Positions 1-13,566 of a DNA stretch of 64,000 nt are shown in pieces. Where the stretch lies: positions 10,664,001 through 10,728,000 of the forward strand of contig OX597821.1 of NCBI GenBank assembly GCA_951406725.2. The letters run 5' to 3'. A program made the position numbers and the translations under genes. This DNA comes from Octopus vulgaris (lineage: Eukaryota). Under the pieces are notes generated by a model. That model was not told where the DNA came from, searched no databases, and saw only the letters and a list, made by a program, of their open reading frames with translations. Within the stretch, counting starts at the first letter, position 1. The number at the start of each line of letters is the position of its first letter.

Positions 1-409
1 TGTTTCGAATTTCATACAAATTGCAGATGAGGATTATTTCTCTCTTTACACACCCTAAAAAATTTGTATTCGTGCCACATGTATACCATACTACTAATTT
101 TTAAGCACATATTCCTAAATTCCAGTGTTATTGAACCTGTTAAAAATATATTGCTCCTAAAATTGAAGGTCATGGAGCTCTAAAATGTGAGAGTTAAGGC
201 CCCTGTCAACCAGAGAAGTTGAATTGTTGAAGATATTTTAAACTTGGGTCTTATATGTATTGTTTGAATTTCTTTGAAATAGGAAATATATGTTCACTGG
301 GTTTGTAAAAGAGAGCAAAGCTACAGGAAGCCAAAAAACGAATGATCACAATAAGCAGTCAGTTACCCTAACCTCGTCGTTACTTGAAGTGCCTGTTCAA
401 GAACTATGT

Positions 410-443
<34 letters not shown>

Positions 444-565
444 CATATATGTATACATATATGTATATATATGTATACACACACACATACACACACAAAG
501 ATAAATCGATTGATATAACTGAGTGGGCAAACAAAAATATGAGACACTTCGTAGTGCCATTTTAT

Positions 566-880
566 ATTTTGATAAGCCTGGTACTTACTCTATCAGTTTC
601 TTCTTGTGAAACCAGTAAGTTATGGGGATATAAATAAACGAACACCAGTTGTGAAGCAGTGTTGAGGGAGAAACACGAAGACACACATAGGCTTACATAT
701 ATACATACAATTGATTTCTTTCAGTTTCTGTCTACAAAATCCACTGACCAGGATTTGGTTATTTGGTTGGTCTCAGGCTATAGCAGAAGACACATGCCAA
801 GTTACCACACAGTGGGACTGAACTAAGAACCATGTGATTTGGAACCAAGTTTGTTACCACACAGCCACACCTGCACCTAT
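566..880 (-). mobile_element. tRNA-derived SINE family 1, diverged copy
   Basis: Reverse complement begins ATAGGTGCAGGTGTGGCTGTGTGGTAAC...GTTCAGTCCCACTG; colinear with the copies at 2371, 10803 and 11800 but more diverged and 3'-truncated. Confidence 0.85.
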
Positions 881-929
881 TTATATGTGTGTGAGGGTGT
901 GTGTGAATCGGTGTGTGTCTGTGTGTAAG

Positions 930-1257
930 TATGGGTGTATATATATATGCATGTATATATATATGCATATATATGTCTACATATTACATGTACATCTATA
1001 TATATATATATATATCTAGACATACATGTTTACATATACATGTATATCTATAGAAATACATCTATACGTATACATGTATACATATACAGCTATACATATA
1101 CATGTATACATATACATCCATATATATACATGCATATACACTTTTGCCCATGACACTCCTTGTACCCTAAGTAAGGCATGTGTAAAATTTGAATGAAATT
1201 GGTTGTGTAGTCCTCAAGTTTTGGGGATTCACACAGACAGACAGACACACATTCTCA

Positions 1258-1315
<58 letters not shown>
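930..1315 (-). mobile_element. Non-autonomous Helitron fragment (5' end plus internal piece)
   Basis: 1145-1315 closely matches 50860-50992 (GGCATGTGTAAAATTTGAATGAAATTGGTTGTGTAGT...CAGACAGACACACATTCTCAGTTTTATATATAT); 960-1010 matches 49660-49705. No 3' hairpin-CTAG terminus was seen. Confidence 0.7.
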
Positions 1316-1527
1316 TAATAGCATTCATAATTTGGTCGATAGTTCAAATATGCGCCAGTAATACTCTGACACATAAGAATACAACATTAAGTATCCAAAT
1401 ATTCTCATAAAGAATGTCCAAATAACAAGAATACATTACAAAATGATGCCGCATTATTGCTGAAGAGATTCATATAACCAGCACTAACTCATATAAAACA
1501 TATTTAAGTAGCTACAAACTCCTCGCT

Positions 1528-1695
1528 CATAAAATACAGCACAACGAAACAAAGAAAAACGACTCTGTTGTAGTTAGGCTAGCCAGAAATGTCAAATAAA
1601 TATTAAATCACCATAAAATACAGCACAACGAAACAAAGAAAAACGACTCTGTTGTAGTTAGGCTAGCCAGAAATGTCAAATAAATATTAAATCAC
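1528..1695. repeat. Perfect 84-bp tandem duplication
   Basis: CATAAAATACAGCAC...ATATTAAATCAC occurs at 1528-1611 and 1612-1695. Confidence 0.95.
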
Positions 1696-2006
1696 CTATA
1701 AATTCAAACCTACCATCTTAAAAAAGGGACGCTTTCAAGCTAATTTAAGTATTACGCGACGTTTTCCCCTTTTCATCACACTGGAGTGTCTCTCCTTAAG
1801 AGAAGACCTTACCTTTGCTGGCCATGTCGGTTTTTCATTGTCTTTGACGATTCTCTAACTTTGCTTTCTACTAAGTAAGAATGTCCTTCCTACTCAAACC
1901 TATTTTTAGGATTCGGAAGATGTCTGATTTGCAACTGTTAAGAAAAAGTCGGTCCCTTTAGGGCTAACCTGTAACCTGTAGAACATAGCAAAATATCATA
2001 TAGTAA

Positions 2007-2070
<64 letters not shown>

Positions 2071-2370
2071 ATATTTGAAAGAAACATTATATAATTGAAC
2101 ATTACTGTACAAAAGTTTATGTTTTTAGGGTACAAGTGAGTCTCTCCAGCTACACAAAAATAAAGATCACAGTTCCCGTAGTCAAATCCTTCGCACAGAG
2201 AACATTCAACACACAGGCACACCAATTCACGTAAAATTTACCTACATAACCAAACCACAATCCTATAATTATGAAGTTTTAATTCAACCTCGAAGGTGCT
2301 TGAACTTTGAATACAGACGGAAAACCTCAACAAGGCATTTGCCAGACCTTCTAAATGTTTTAAATATGCT

Positions 2371-2588
2371 CTTTACTCTCTTACTTTTTTACTTGTTTCA
2401 GTCATTTGACTGCGGCCATGCTGGATCACCGCCTTTAGTCGAGCAAATCGACCCCTGGACTTATTAATTGTAAGCCTAGTACTTATTCTATCGGTCTCTT
2501 CTGCGGAACCGCTAGGTGACGGGGACGTAAACACACCAGAATTGGTTGTCATGCAATGGTAGGGGGACAAACACAGCAAAACACACAC

Positions 2589-2653
<65 letters not shown>

Positions 2654-2820
2654 TACGACAGGCTTCTTTCAGTTTCCGTCTACCAAATCCACTCACAAGG
2701 CATTGGTCGGCCCGGGGCTATAGCAGAAGACACTACCTCAAGATGCCACGCAGTGGGACTGAACCCGGAACCATGTGGTTCGTTAGCAAGCTACGTACCA
2801 CACAGCCACTCATGCGCCTA
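2371..2820 (-). mobile_element. tRNA-derived SINE family 1, full length, with internal (TA)n/(TG)n
   Basis: Minus strand: head GGCGCATGAGTGGCTGTGTGGTA...GGTTCCGGGTTCAGTCCC (A/B-box-like), body GTGAGTGGATTTGGTAGACGGAAACTGAAAGAAGCC, tail GGCGGTGATCCAGCATGGCCGCAGTCAAATGACTGAAAC followed by a GAGTAAAA-type repeat. Confidence 0.92.
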
Positions 2821-3214
2821 TATATATTCAACTGTTATCGAACTTTTTAAATGCAAATAGACTTCGGTTTAAATATTTTGATAAGTCGTTTTCCTCACTC
2901 CAGATTACTTGAAGGCGAATTGAAACCAAAGCACAATTTACCATACTACAACTACAGCGTAAATGACATAGAAATTGTATTTTCCTGTGTGCATTCCAGT
3001 AAAAAAAAATGGCATAGGCATCAGAGATTCCTTATAATATTCATAGATATATAGAGTTATGTGATTATGTTTGCTATAAATTTAAACAAATCAAAATGCT
3101 AAGGAAAAGTTTGATAAATATTTGCTCAGAGATCAGAAACGTGAGTGTTAACAAATCACTGACAGAAAACATAGAAAATACCTCTCCTTGGACACATGTA
3201 TGTATATGTAATTC

Positions 3215-3266
<52 letters not shown>

Positions 3267-3323
3267 TACACACATCATACATATATATACACACATTTAT
3301 ATATATGTATTTATGATGTATGC

Positions 3324-3354
<31 letters not shown>

Positions 3355-3971
3355 TATACACACATTTATATATATGTATTTATGATGTATGTATATATAT
3401 ATATATATATGCGTGTGTATGTCAGTATCTGTGTGTGTTACATTAACGTATACTTGGAAGCAGCAACTAATTTACTCGTATATACTTGTTGGATTCGCGC
3501 ATGTGCTCTCGGTAAGCTATTGCAAAAGTACACATACTCATAAACATACACACACATACCTACGTACACATTTCCAAATATGTAAGTTGTATTCACATAT
3601 GCATATACTAATATTTTTCTAAAGTATGCACTGATAAGAATTCTTCCTACTCGAATGTTAACCAAATGTAGTAAATATTCAATTTCTTTTTCATACAACA
3701 ACTTATACTTAGAAATAACATTTTTGAATAATTAGAATTCAAAACATACTTAATATCCTCAAGGTAAAGAAGGAAAATATATCAACAAATACACGGACGA
3801 TTAAAATCACGAAAAGATAAGTATTTAAAGAGGCCCACTCGTGTTTTATACTTAGAACCACGCACACACGAATACTGCCATCACCGATATAGTACGTGTT
3901 TACATGTACGATTACGTCTGCTCCTACTTAGAAATATATGTACGTATGTATCTTTACACAGATATATAATG

Positions 3972-4415
<444 letters not shown>

Positions 4416-4939
4416 AATGTGCACACTTAAATTGCTATAAAGATGTTTATGTAAATGTATACTTACGTATATAAACATGCACACACACATGCACACATAA
4501 ACACACACACACGGACGGATGCATGTACGCATATATTATTATACAGTTGTTTCGGAATGTTTCTCTATGAGTGGTCCTTTATGTTGTAAACCATATTCTT
4601 GACACCTTATAAATCCTTTTCTTTTTTCCATAATATAATTCAATGTGTCCCCACCAAAACAATAATTGTTTGTTTGATTTTTGTTGTTGTATATTTTATT
4701 TTTCATTTTCCATAGGCTATATTGTAATGTATAGTTTCAAATTCTTTGTAAAGTTAATGATTCGGTAATGTTATGAAAAATCTTCCTAAATGCTTCACAA
4801 ATTTGTAGATTTCATTTGAAATATGAGCAAGCTAATTTTACACTTAACTCTATGCAAAATCCTGTTTTCCTTTCTTCCTTTCTTTCATTCCTTTGGTTCT
4901 CTTTCTTTTCATGTACGTTCAATTTTTTTTCTGTTCGTA

Positions 4940-5004
4940 TTTTTCTTCCTCTCCCTCTTCTTCTCCTTCCTCCTCTTCTTATTCTTCATGTTCTTCTTCT
5001 TCGT

Positions 5005-5049
<45 letters not shown>

Positions 5050-5062
5050 TTACTACCACTAC
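4940..5062. repeat. Compound (CTT)n/(CTA)n microsatellite
   Basis: Directly visible trinucleotide runs. Confidence 0.9.
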
Positions 5063-6345
5063 GTTTTTCTTCTAATATTTATAATCATCTCCTCTACGTT
5101 TTCCCCTCTATTTTCTCTTTCTTCTGCTTCAAGTAATACCAGCACATTGCCTCCTGCCGTATTTCTTCACTTCTTTCTTCTTCAGTTTATTCATCTATTT
5201 CTCCTTCCTACATATTCTTCTTCGTTTCCTAACACAATATTACCCAAATCACACAATCTATATACTCAACTACGGAGAAATAAGCATTTATCATTAATAC
5301 CTAACTACGGCATGGTTTTGAGCTTAAGTTAATCCAACTTTGCAACGTTATGAACATATTTTTCACAAATCTCTTCTAACACGATACAGTGCTGTACACC
5401 TACTCTTGATTGAAAACATTGATGACATAATTGATTTTCTTATATTATGCAGAATTATAGTTCAGTATAATCAACGTAAAATACTTTTATCCACGACAGT
5501 CTTGGTTCTTGCTAATAACCGCTCAATGAGAGACTATTCCACACCATTTTTTTCTTCTTCTATTGTTCCTGCTATTGTCCATCTTCTACTGTTTCACAAG
5601 AAATATGTTTCAATGCAATCTTTAAAAAAGTAGCGTTTTAATTATATCACTGACAGAATGTCTGTAATTAAAATAATGCTTCGTTGTTTCCCGCTCCTCC
5701 TAATTGGTGTCTTTTGTCAAAACTCTCTTACACTCCGCAAATTAAAACAGGCTGAATAAAAAATATATGACAATGCGAAAAGGAGCCATGTTGTTCCTCA
5801 TGCAATTTGTGTCTTTGTTTGAAACCCTTTCATTCATATGCGATGTCACAATTCTTTAGGCACCATTTAGGATAATACTATGCAATTAGCGGTATATGGG
5901 GTTGTGAGATTCTGGTATCCCAATAGCCCAAATTATTTTAATAAAATTTTTATTTGTGTTTCCCAAACGTTCCAGATGCATTTAAACTACTAACATGTTA
6001 TCATTACATATTTCAATTTTTATATACGAAGGCAATTCAAGGAATATTACAACAGTAAATATCTTAGTGGTCGTCTTTTGGTAGGGTAGAGGGAAAAAAT
6101 CCTTTCGGTTACGAATGACAATGTGATTGCACTAAAAATGTTTCCCTCCGATGCACAAGTCCGAGCAAATTGTTTATGGAAGGCCAACAGGCGCTCATGA
6201 ATACCAGCCTCCCTACTGCGCACCATCGATGTTATCAAGGCTAGGCAAAATAAATCCATTTCAATCAGTGACGTCGCAACACATTTCTACAGCTGAGAAC
6301 ATAGCAAACAGCTCGGTCGGGGAATCAAGCATACTCCTTCAATGT

Positions 6346-6560
6346 TCTGAGCCTGTCGCTCTAACCACTTATCCATGGGCATTAATTTTACAAATATATA
6401 CGCTTTATGTGTATCATACCATTGCAAAGTATAAATATATTAATGTTACCCTGTCTGAGTCTGTCGCTCTAACCACTTATCCATGCGCATTAATTTTACA
6501 AATATATACGCTTTATGTGTATCATACCATTGCAAAGTATAAATATATTAATGTTACCCT
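6346..6560. repeat. 108-bp tandem duplication including the start of a decayed tRNA-like head (- strand)
   Basis: TCTGAG(C/T)CTGTCGCTCTAACCACTTATCCATG...AATGTTACCCT at 6346-6453 and 6454-6560, differing at about 2 positions. Confidence 0.93.
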
Positions 6561-8405
6561 TTAGATTACCAAGCCATTCGCCATGAAGCACGTCTGTTGT
6601 CGTTTCAGTTACTCACTCTTTTCAGAGCGTTGGCCAGGAATACAAAATAGCATTCATTAAGTATTATTCCATAGAAACTTTAAATATTTTGTTATGACCT
6701 GTTTACATAGCCTGCCACATCAGGACATTTCATAAAGAACAACAAGTTTGTATTTTTGGGGAAATTAAGAATGACTGGATACTTTTAATAATAGTATGTG
6801 TTATTCCTGATTTCAGATAGCCGACTGAGAAGTAAGTTTTTATTTTTGTTCCTAGTATTGTAGGTGGATGTGAAGTTTAGAGATTTTCGATGATAAACCT
6901 CTATGATAGACGTCTTCGCTTTTTTGGTAGAATGTCGATTGATTTATTTTGGTATACTCTTACTGTTGCAACCTTTTCGTAGTCATTATGGTATTCAGTA
7001 TTCCTAAAAGAAAACTACAGCGGAGAAACGCCCGTAAAACATATGGTAGAATTTCATCTAGTTCCCAGTTTTTGTGGAAACTTTTTCATTTAATGCTAAC
7101 TTTAAGTGCTTTAATAAATATTTGATATGCATTTGTATTTTATTTATCGTTAGTCTCTTAGAATTAATAACATTTCAACGGAATGTTTTAGTCGATTTTC
7201 TACCTGTGGTCGTGAGTACCAATTTGAAGTTCACAATTCATTTTAGATTCAGGTTCGGGCATTCATTCACTTGCAAATTATTTTCCAATATTTTCCAAAG
7301 TTATTGATAAAATGTGTGTAGCCTTACCTCTGATCTTATGCATTCTTATACATTCAGCTGGGGCGGATATCATTCTCATCCACCTCCATATGTTTTGCTC
7401 CGTAAATTATGTTTTTCTAATAAATGAACTCAAAATTATTTTGAAAATCATTCAAAGATCAAATCTCAGTGAAAACTAACAATGAATATAGAAACTATGA
7501 TTTTTAAAAATAATTCACTAACGAACCAACGGCATTTTAAACTCTTGTGCAAGTCAACGAGATTTCATTTCAATTATTTCCCTATTGGATCGTCAAAATA
7601 GTTTTAAAGGAAAAGTGCAAGTAATCTTTACATGATCAGAGCGGATGCACTTCCGTTGTACAGACTTCAGATAAATAAAAAAATCCCCAGCTCTGATGAT
7701 TTTAATGTAAAACAAAAGAATATTTAGTCAAATGTCTTCATGCGTATTTCCCGATTGTATTCAAACACATATAGGCAAAAGTCATCGCAATCTGGAATTT
7801 CATCTATAATGCTATTTACCATAGTTGTCAGCAAGTAGAACATTTTTACAGCCTTAGAAATCAGCAAGAATATGTCTTTGCAACACGGTGGTGAAACTTT
7901 TTGAGAAACATTATAGTTCTAGAGGTATTGACTGCAACATGAAAATCCATTCACCCAAGACCATAATATGTAGACTAACGAGAAGCAATTTAACTAATCA
8001 TTTCTTAAATCAACAGGATATCATTTCAATCGTTATAATGATCTATTTTATGCAAGAAATATCCATTTTCCATTCGATTACTTCACTGGGTATTCATGAA
8101 ACCCAAGCTAATATTTAGTATCAAAGTATGAAATTTGCTGATACACACTAGTGTAGGATCGATATTTTGCCGCTGGTTGACAGATCATAGATCCCTGGAT
8201 TTTGTATATTTCTATGAAGTTGATCAGTAGAGATATAGTCGCTGTTCAATATTGTATCATATATGCTTGTTTTCTCGTTTATCTAAATCTCCGAACGTTT
8301 ACAATGATACAGGTAGTTTTTGCTTTGTACTGATAATCTGCACATTCTTACGCACAGCCCACACCACTTGCTCTCTAAATGTGCTTAAACAGCCCAGATA
8401 CGCAC

Positions 8406-8437
<32 letters not shown>

Positions 8438-8510
8438 GTATATATACATTTTGTATATTATATACTATAATTTCTTACGGTCTTATTAATGAACACTGCT
8501 AATTATAATC

Positions 8511-8599
8511 TCATTCCTGATGAGATTCATACTTTTATTCCACACTATTACTCCTCTCCGAGTAATTTTAATGACTCCATCGAAACATACGTCGGCAAT
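8511..8599 (+). ncRNA. Type I hammerhead ribozyme motif in a repeat next to a TA array
   Basis: CTGATGA (8517-8523); helix II GAT/ATC enclosing an ATTACTC/GAGTAAT hairpin; GAAA (8582-8585); near-palindromic helix III CATACG; GTC cleavage triplet. Helix I is weak. Confidence 0.7.
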
Positions 8600-8773
8600 A
8601 TAAATGACTTAAATAACAACGTGTACGTTTGTCTCCGTTTCTATTTCTCTTATATTCTCAATTCTCCTTGGAATTATTAACCGTGTGTGTGGTTACTAGT
8701 ATCTTAAAGTGCCTATGTAACATTTGTCTACATTGATAACTACTTATCCGGGTCTTTTCTCGTATATTAAGCA

Positions 8774-8839
<66 letters not shown>

Positions 8840-8844
8840 GTATG

Positions 8845-8877
<33 letters not shown>

Positions 8878-8950
8878 GTATATATATAGGAATATATATA
8901 TATATATGTATGTATATATATATATGTATGTATGTATATATATATATAGG

Positions 8951-8991
<41 letters not shown>

Positions 8992-9000
8992 ATATATATG

Positions 9001-9042
<42 letters not shown>

Positions 9043-9215
9043 GTTATTCGGGGTTAACCACAGTATATATATATATATATATATATAAGTTAGGTACAAT
9101 AAATTCAGGGTGAATACTTGATAAACGTAAGCACCTGTATATGACAGCTAGTAGCATAGGTGTTAGGATATATGTATCAAATGAAATAAATGAAAAACAA
9201 GATCCATAAGATGTT

Positions 9216-9308
9216 GCAGTACATATGTTTCGGGCTTTATAGAACAACTTATTTTTACATCAATGCATAATCGATATAACAGCTAGATCAAAAGCCTTCT
9301 TCAGCCGT
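9216..9308 (-). ncRNA. Type I hammerhead ribozyme motif (left arm)
   Basis: Minus strand reads ACGG-CTGAAGA-AGGCTTT...AAAGCCC-GAAA-CATATG-TA-CTGC. Confidence 0.75.
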
Positions 9309-9981
9309 GTGCCATTGCTACACCAAAGACTTGTATCACGTTATAAAAGGTTTGAGAAAAAACCGAGTATCATTGGAAAAGTATGTTTGTAAATCTTCAC
9401 AGGCGTACATGGTATTATTAGACTCCAAAACAAATCGTCCATACAGTTTTTTCACTCGATATAGAATGAATACTGTGTAGATTACTTCATATAAGGGAAG
9501 GAATTGGATGTTGAGAGAAAGAGGAAAGGAGAGGGAGGGGATGAAAAATTTAATGAAGTTGCGATCACAAAAACGAAAATATATAAATATAAACATAATT
9601 ATGACGTCCTTTTTATGTTTATATACTTATATTTTTACATTTTTATTATATTTTATATTTATTATTATATTTATTATTATCCTTTATAATTATGTTTATA
9701 TTTATATATATTTTCTTTTTTGTGATCGCAACTTCATTAAAGTTTCATCACCCTCACCCTCCTTTCCTCTTTCCCTCAACATCCAATTCATTCCCTTATA
9801 TGAAGCAATCTACCCAGTATTCATTCTATATCGAGTGAAAAAACGGTATGGACGATTTGTTTTGGTGTCTAATAATGCCATGTACGCCTGTGAAGATTTA
9901 CAAACATACTTTCCGAATGATACTCGGTTTTTTCTCAAACCTTTGATAACGTGATACAAGTCTTTGGTGTACAAATGACAC

Positions 9982-10074
9982 GCGGCTGAAGAAGGCTTTT
10001 GATCTAGCTGTTCTATCGATTATGCATTGATGTAAAAATAAGTTGTTCTATAAAGCCCGAAACATATGTACCGC
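9982..10074 (+). ncRNA. Type I hammerhead ribozyme motif (right arm)
   Basis: Helix I GCGG/CCGC; CTGAAGA core; long helix II (GGCTTT/AAAGCC with distal ATCGAT/ATTGAT); GAAA; palindromic helix III CATATG; GTA triplet. Confidence 0.82.
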
Positions 10075-10110
10075 AACATCCTTTGCGTCTTGTTTTTCAT
10101 TTATTTCATT

Positions 10111-10170
<60 letters not shown>

Positions 10171-10274
10171 GTATATATATATATGTATATATATATGTAT
10201 TTTATATATATGTATATATATATATATATACGTATATATATATATATGTATATATATATGTATATATATATATG

Positions 10275-10337
<63 letters not shown>

Positions 10338-10471
10338 TTTGTCAAAATGTATTATTGTTCTGGAGATTCATGGTATTAGAAAATACATTAGCGTCTATTT
10401 TGAATTCAGTAAGTGGCGCGACACTTAACGGCCCCCTTATTATAATTATGTATATAATTATAGAATATTTC

Positions 10472-10554
<83 letters not shown>

Positions 10555-10802
10555 TGAATAGATAGATTGATACCATATGTATACATACTAACACACGAAA
10601 CAATGAATTGATAGAAATCTAATTACATAATGTAGGCAAGTTAAAACTCCATATGTAAACTTGCATCTCATCGACGCACGTGCAGAAAACAGCGACTTGC
10701 ATCAATTATATCCTTAGCATAGAGCTAATCACACTGAAAAATGCCAATTATTTCACTCATTCACAATGATTTTCGTAGAAGGATTTCAAGGTCAAGCTTA
10801 AT

Positions 10803-11219
10803 TACTCTTTACTCTTTTACTCTTTTACTCTTTTACTTGTTTCAGTCATGTTACTGTGGCCATGCTGGAGCACCGCCTTTAGTCGAACAAATCGACCCCA
10901 GGACTTATTCTTTGTGAGCCTGGGACTTAATCTATCGATCTCTTTTTGTCGAACCGCTAAGTTACGGGGACGTAAACACACCACCATCGGTTGTCAAGTG
11001 ATGTTGTGGGGACAAACACAAACACACACACACACATATATATATATACATATACATATATACGACGGGCTTCTTTCAGTTTTCGTCTACCAAATCCACT
11101 CACAAGGCTTTGGTCGGCCCGAGGCTATAGTTAGAAGACACTTGCCCAAGGTGCTACGCAGTAGGACTGAACCTGGAACCATGTGGTTGGTAAACAAGCT
11201 GCGTACCACACAGCCACTC
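10803..11219 (-). mobile_element. tRNA-derived SINE family 1
   Basis: Colinear with the 2371-2820 copy; (TACTCTTT)n tail on the plus strand. Confidence 0.92.
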
Positions 11220-11799
11220 GAGGAGAAGTTTTATATATTAGCCACATTGTGTAAATATCCACAAATTTATTTATCTATTTAGTCATTTCTTTCAATTTTG
11301 AAAGAGTATATTATATCTTGTACATTTAGTTGCATTTATAGAACGGTTAAATTGTGGCAAATTTGTTGCTTCGTCATTACTTTTGTAGCGACTAATGTTT
11401 CTTAAGTTAAAATTTATCTCCGGTACAATGTTCAAAATGTTTACAACTAAAGCTATCCCACACTACCCTTACCAAGTACTACACTGGCCAAGGCCTCGTA
11501 AACCTCATTCTTTCAAGATAATCGTCCGATAATCGGTGGTACCTTTTAGAAATATTCACAGCTGCTTAAATAATAACTCAATGTATCATTCTAAATTAGA
11601 ATCATTATTTCTTCAAGGACTAAATCAATATATACGAACAGTCATAAGTAACGCAGCTGTCTCAACATCTTATTTTCATTATAGATTCTGTTGTTGATGT
11701 TTCAACTGTAATTAAATTTACACAGAGCAAGCCAAATTTCAAAAGTAGTTTAGCTAAAACCGCTTCATAGTATACTTTAATTCACATTTAAACTACCTA

Positions 11800-11959
11800 G
11801 GCGCAGGAGTGGCTGTGTGGTAAGTAGCTTGCTAACCAGCCACGTTTCCGTGTTCAGTCTCACTGCGCGTCATCTTGGGCAAGTGTCTTCTGCTATAGCC
11901 TCGGGCCGACCAATGCCTTGTTAGTGGATTTGGTAGACGGAAACTGAAAGAAGCCTGTC

Positions 11960-12029
<70 letters not shown>

Positions 12030-12266
12030 GTGTGTGTGTGTGTGTGTGTGTTTGTGTGTCTGTGTTTGTCCCCCTAGCATTGCTTGACAACCGATGCTGG
12101 TGTGTTTACATCCCCGTCACTTAGCGGTTTGGCAAAAAGTAGAATAAGTACTGGGCTTACAAAGAATAAGTCCCGGGGTCGATATGCTCGACTAAAGGCG
12201 GTGATCCAGCATGGCCGCAGTCAAACTACTGAAACAAGTAAAAGAGTAAAAAAGAGTAAAGAGAGT
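11800..12266 (+). mobile_element. tRNA-derived SINE family 1, full length
   Basis: GGCGCAGGAGTGGCTGTGTGGTAAG head, internal (TA)n(TG)n, tail CCAGCATGGCCGCAGTCAAACTACTGAAAC followed by an AAAAGAGT repeat. Confidence 0.93.
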
Positions 12267-12791
12267 GTTCAAATTCTGAGTATGTTGTATTCATCATACA
12301 TACATTTCTGAAAATTATATGTATGTATGTATGCATGCATAAATATAGAAATACGATAATGCATTGTAAAAGTTATTTTATCGTGTTCCTAGAGTGTCAA
12401 TGCTATCATCCTTATTCAGACTATTTGCAACAACATTTAATTTCAAACAGATGAACCATCTCGTTAGTATTTGAAGAATAAAAATTGAGAGAGAGGATTT
12501 CACTTTTACACTTTAACAGTTATCTCAAGTTTATATTGGTATCTCATTTCAAAGAATACACTTGATAAATTGCGAAATTCTCCTTTGTAATTTCACTTGT
12601 TTAGCATAGAAGAAAGCTTGGAACCTTAAGCATCATAGCTAATAGCTATTCTACAGTAAATTACAGTGAAAATGTCCACGGGCATATCTTATCGCGTCAG
12701 TGTTAAAGCGAATGTTAAATTGACTTGCTAGCTTCTTAGAGTTTAGTCGAGAACAAGGGTACAGTCATGCATGAATGTATATATATATATG

Positions 12792-12843
<52 letters not shown>

Positions 12844-13336
12844 CCTTCATATGCCTCCGTGTGCGTGAATGTGCACGCATATGTATACAACTTGCTTAAG
12901 CTTAGATATCTATATAGACATAGACACATACACATATATATGCACAAACACCTATCTGCCTATCTCTCAACCCCTCTGCCTCTTTACACGAGCACATATA
13001 TATATATATACAAAGATGTATGTATGTATGTACGTATTTGTAACAAAGTCAGTTTGTTTTTCTTTCGTGCCTGAATTCTGTTGTTAAGTATATTTTCAGC
13101 AATAAGAGAACGACAGATTGAATAAAATACTGTTGGTGATTGGCGATTTATAGGCATTGTTGATGTAAATTGTGAAATTAGAGATATTGAGATATCGTGT
13201 GCTATTTTGAACCATTAGGAATCTGTATTTTCAGAAACGCTGAATATACTGCCTCCGGCAATATGTAGGTGTAGTGTTGATACAAGTTGTAGGGGGAAGA
13301 ATGGTGAATGTATACAGAATCTGCTCTCTTCTTCCC

Positions 13337-13472
<136 letters not shown>

Positions 13473-13522
13473 ATGAATGAGAGAAACTGCAAATTGTTTA
13501 TAGAAGAATATTTTTTTCAACA

Positions 13523-13566
13523 CACTGATCGTTTCGACATATCCACCATATGTCACTTACGAGTGG
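13523..13566 (-). ncRNA. Degenerate minimal hammerhead motif
   Basis: Minus strand: CACT-CGTAAGT-GACATAT/ATATGTC-GAAA-CGA-TC-AGTG. Helices I and II are intact, but the CUGANGA box is mutated. Confidence 0.5.

Larger units (their letters stand above)
9175..10115. mobile_element. Foldback element: ~430-bp inverted arms around an ~85-bp AT-rich spacer; probably inverted PLE pseudo-LTRs
   Basis: 9175-9602 is the reverse complement of about 9686-10115 with scattered substitutions. Each arm carries a hammerhead motif. Confidence 0.9.

Noticed and set aside
1775-1781. Start of a possible minus-strand hammerhead (GTGATGA...GAAAACGTC, about 1755-1781)
   Set aside because: The first core base is wrong and no helix II can form.
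4536-4615. Minus-strand GAAA-CAACTG-TA half-hammerhead
   Set aside because: No recognisable CUGANGA box in register.
9336-9954. Paired ORFs (86 aa minus, 148 aa plus) with near-identical translations
   Set aside because: The similarity follows from the inverted repeat; no recognisable domain.
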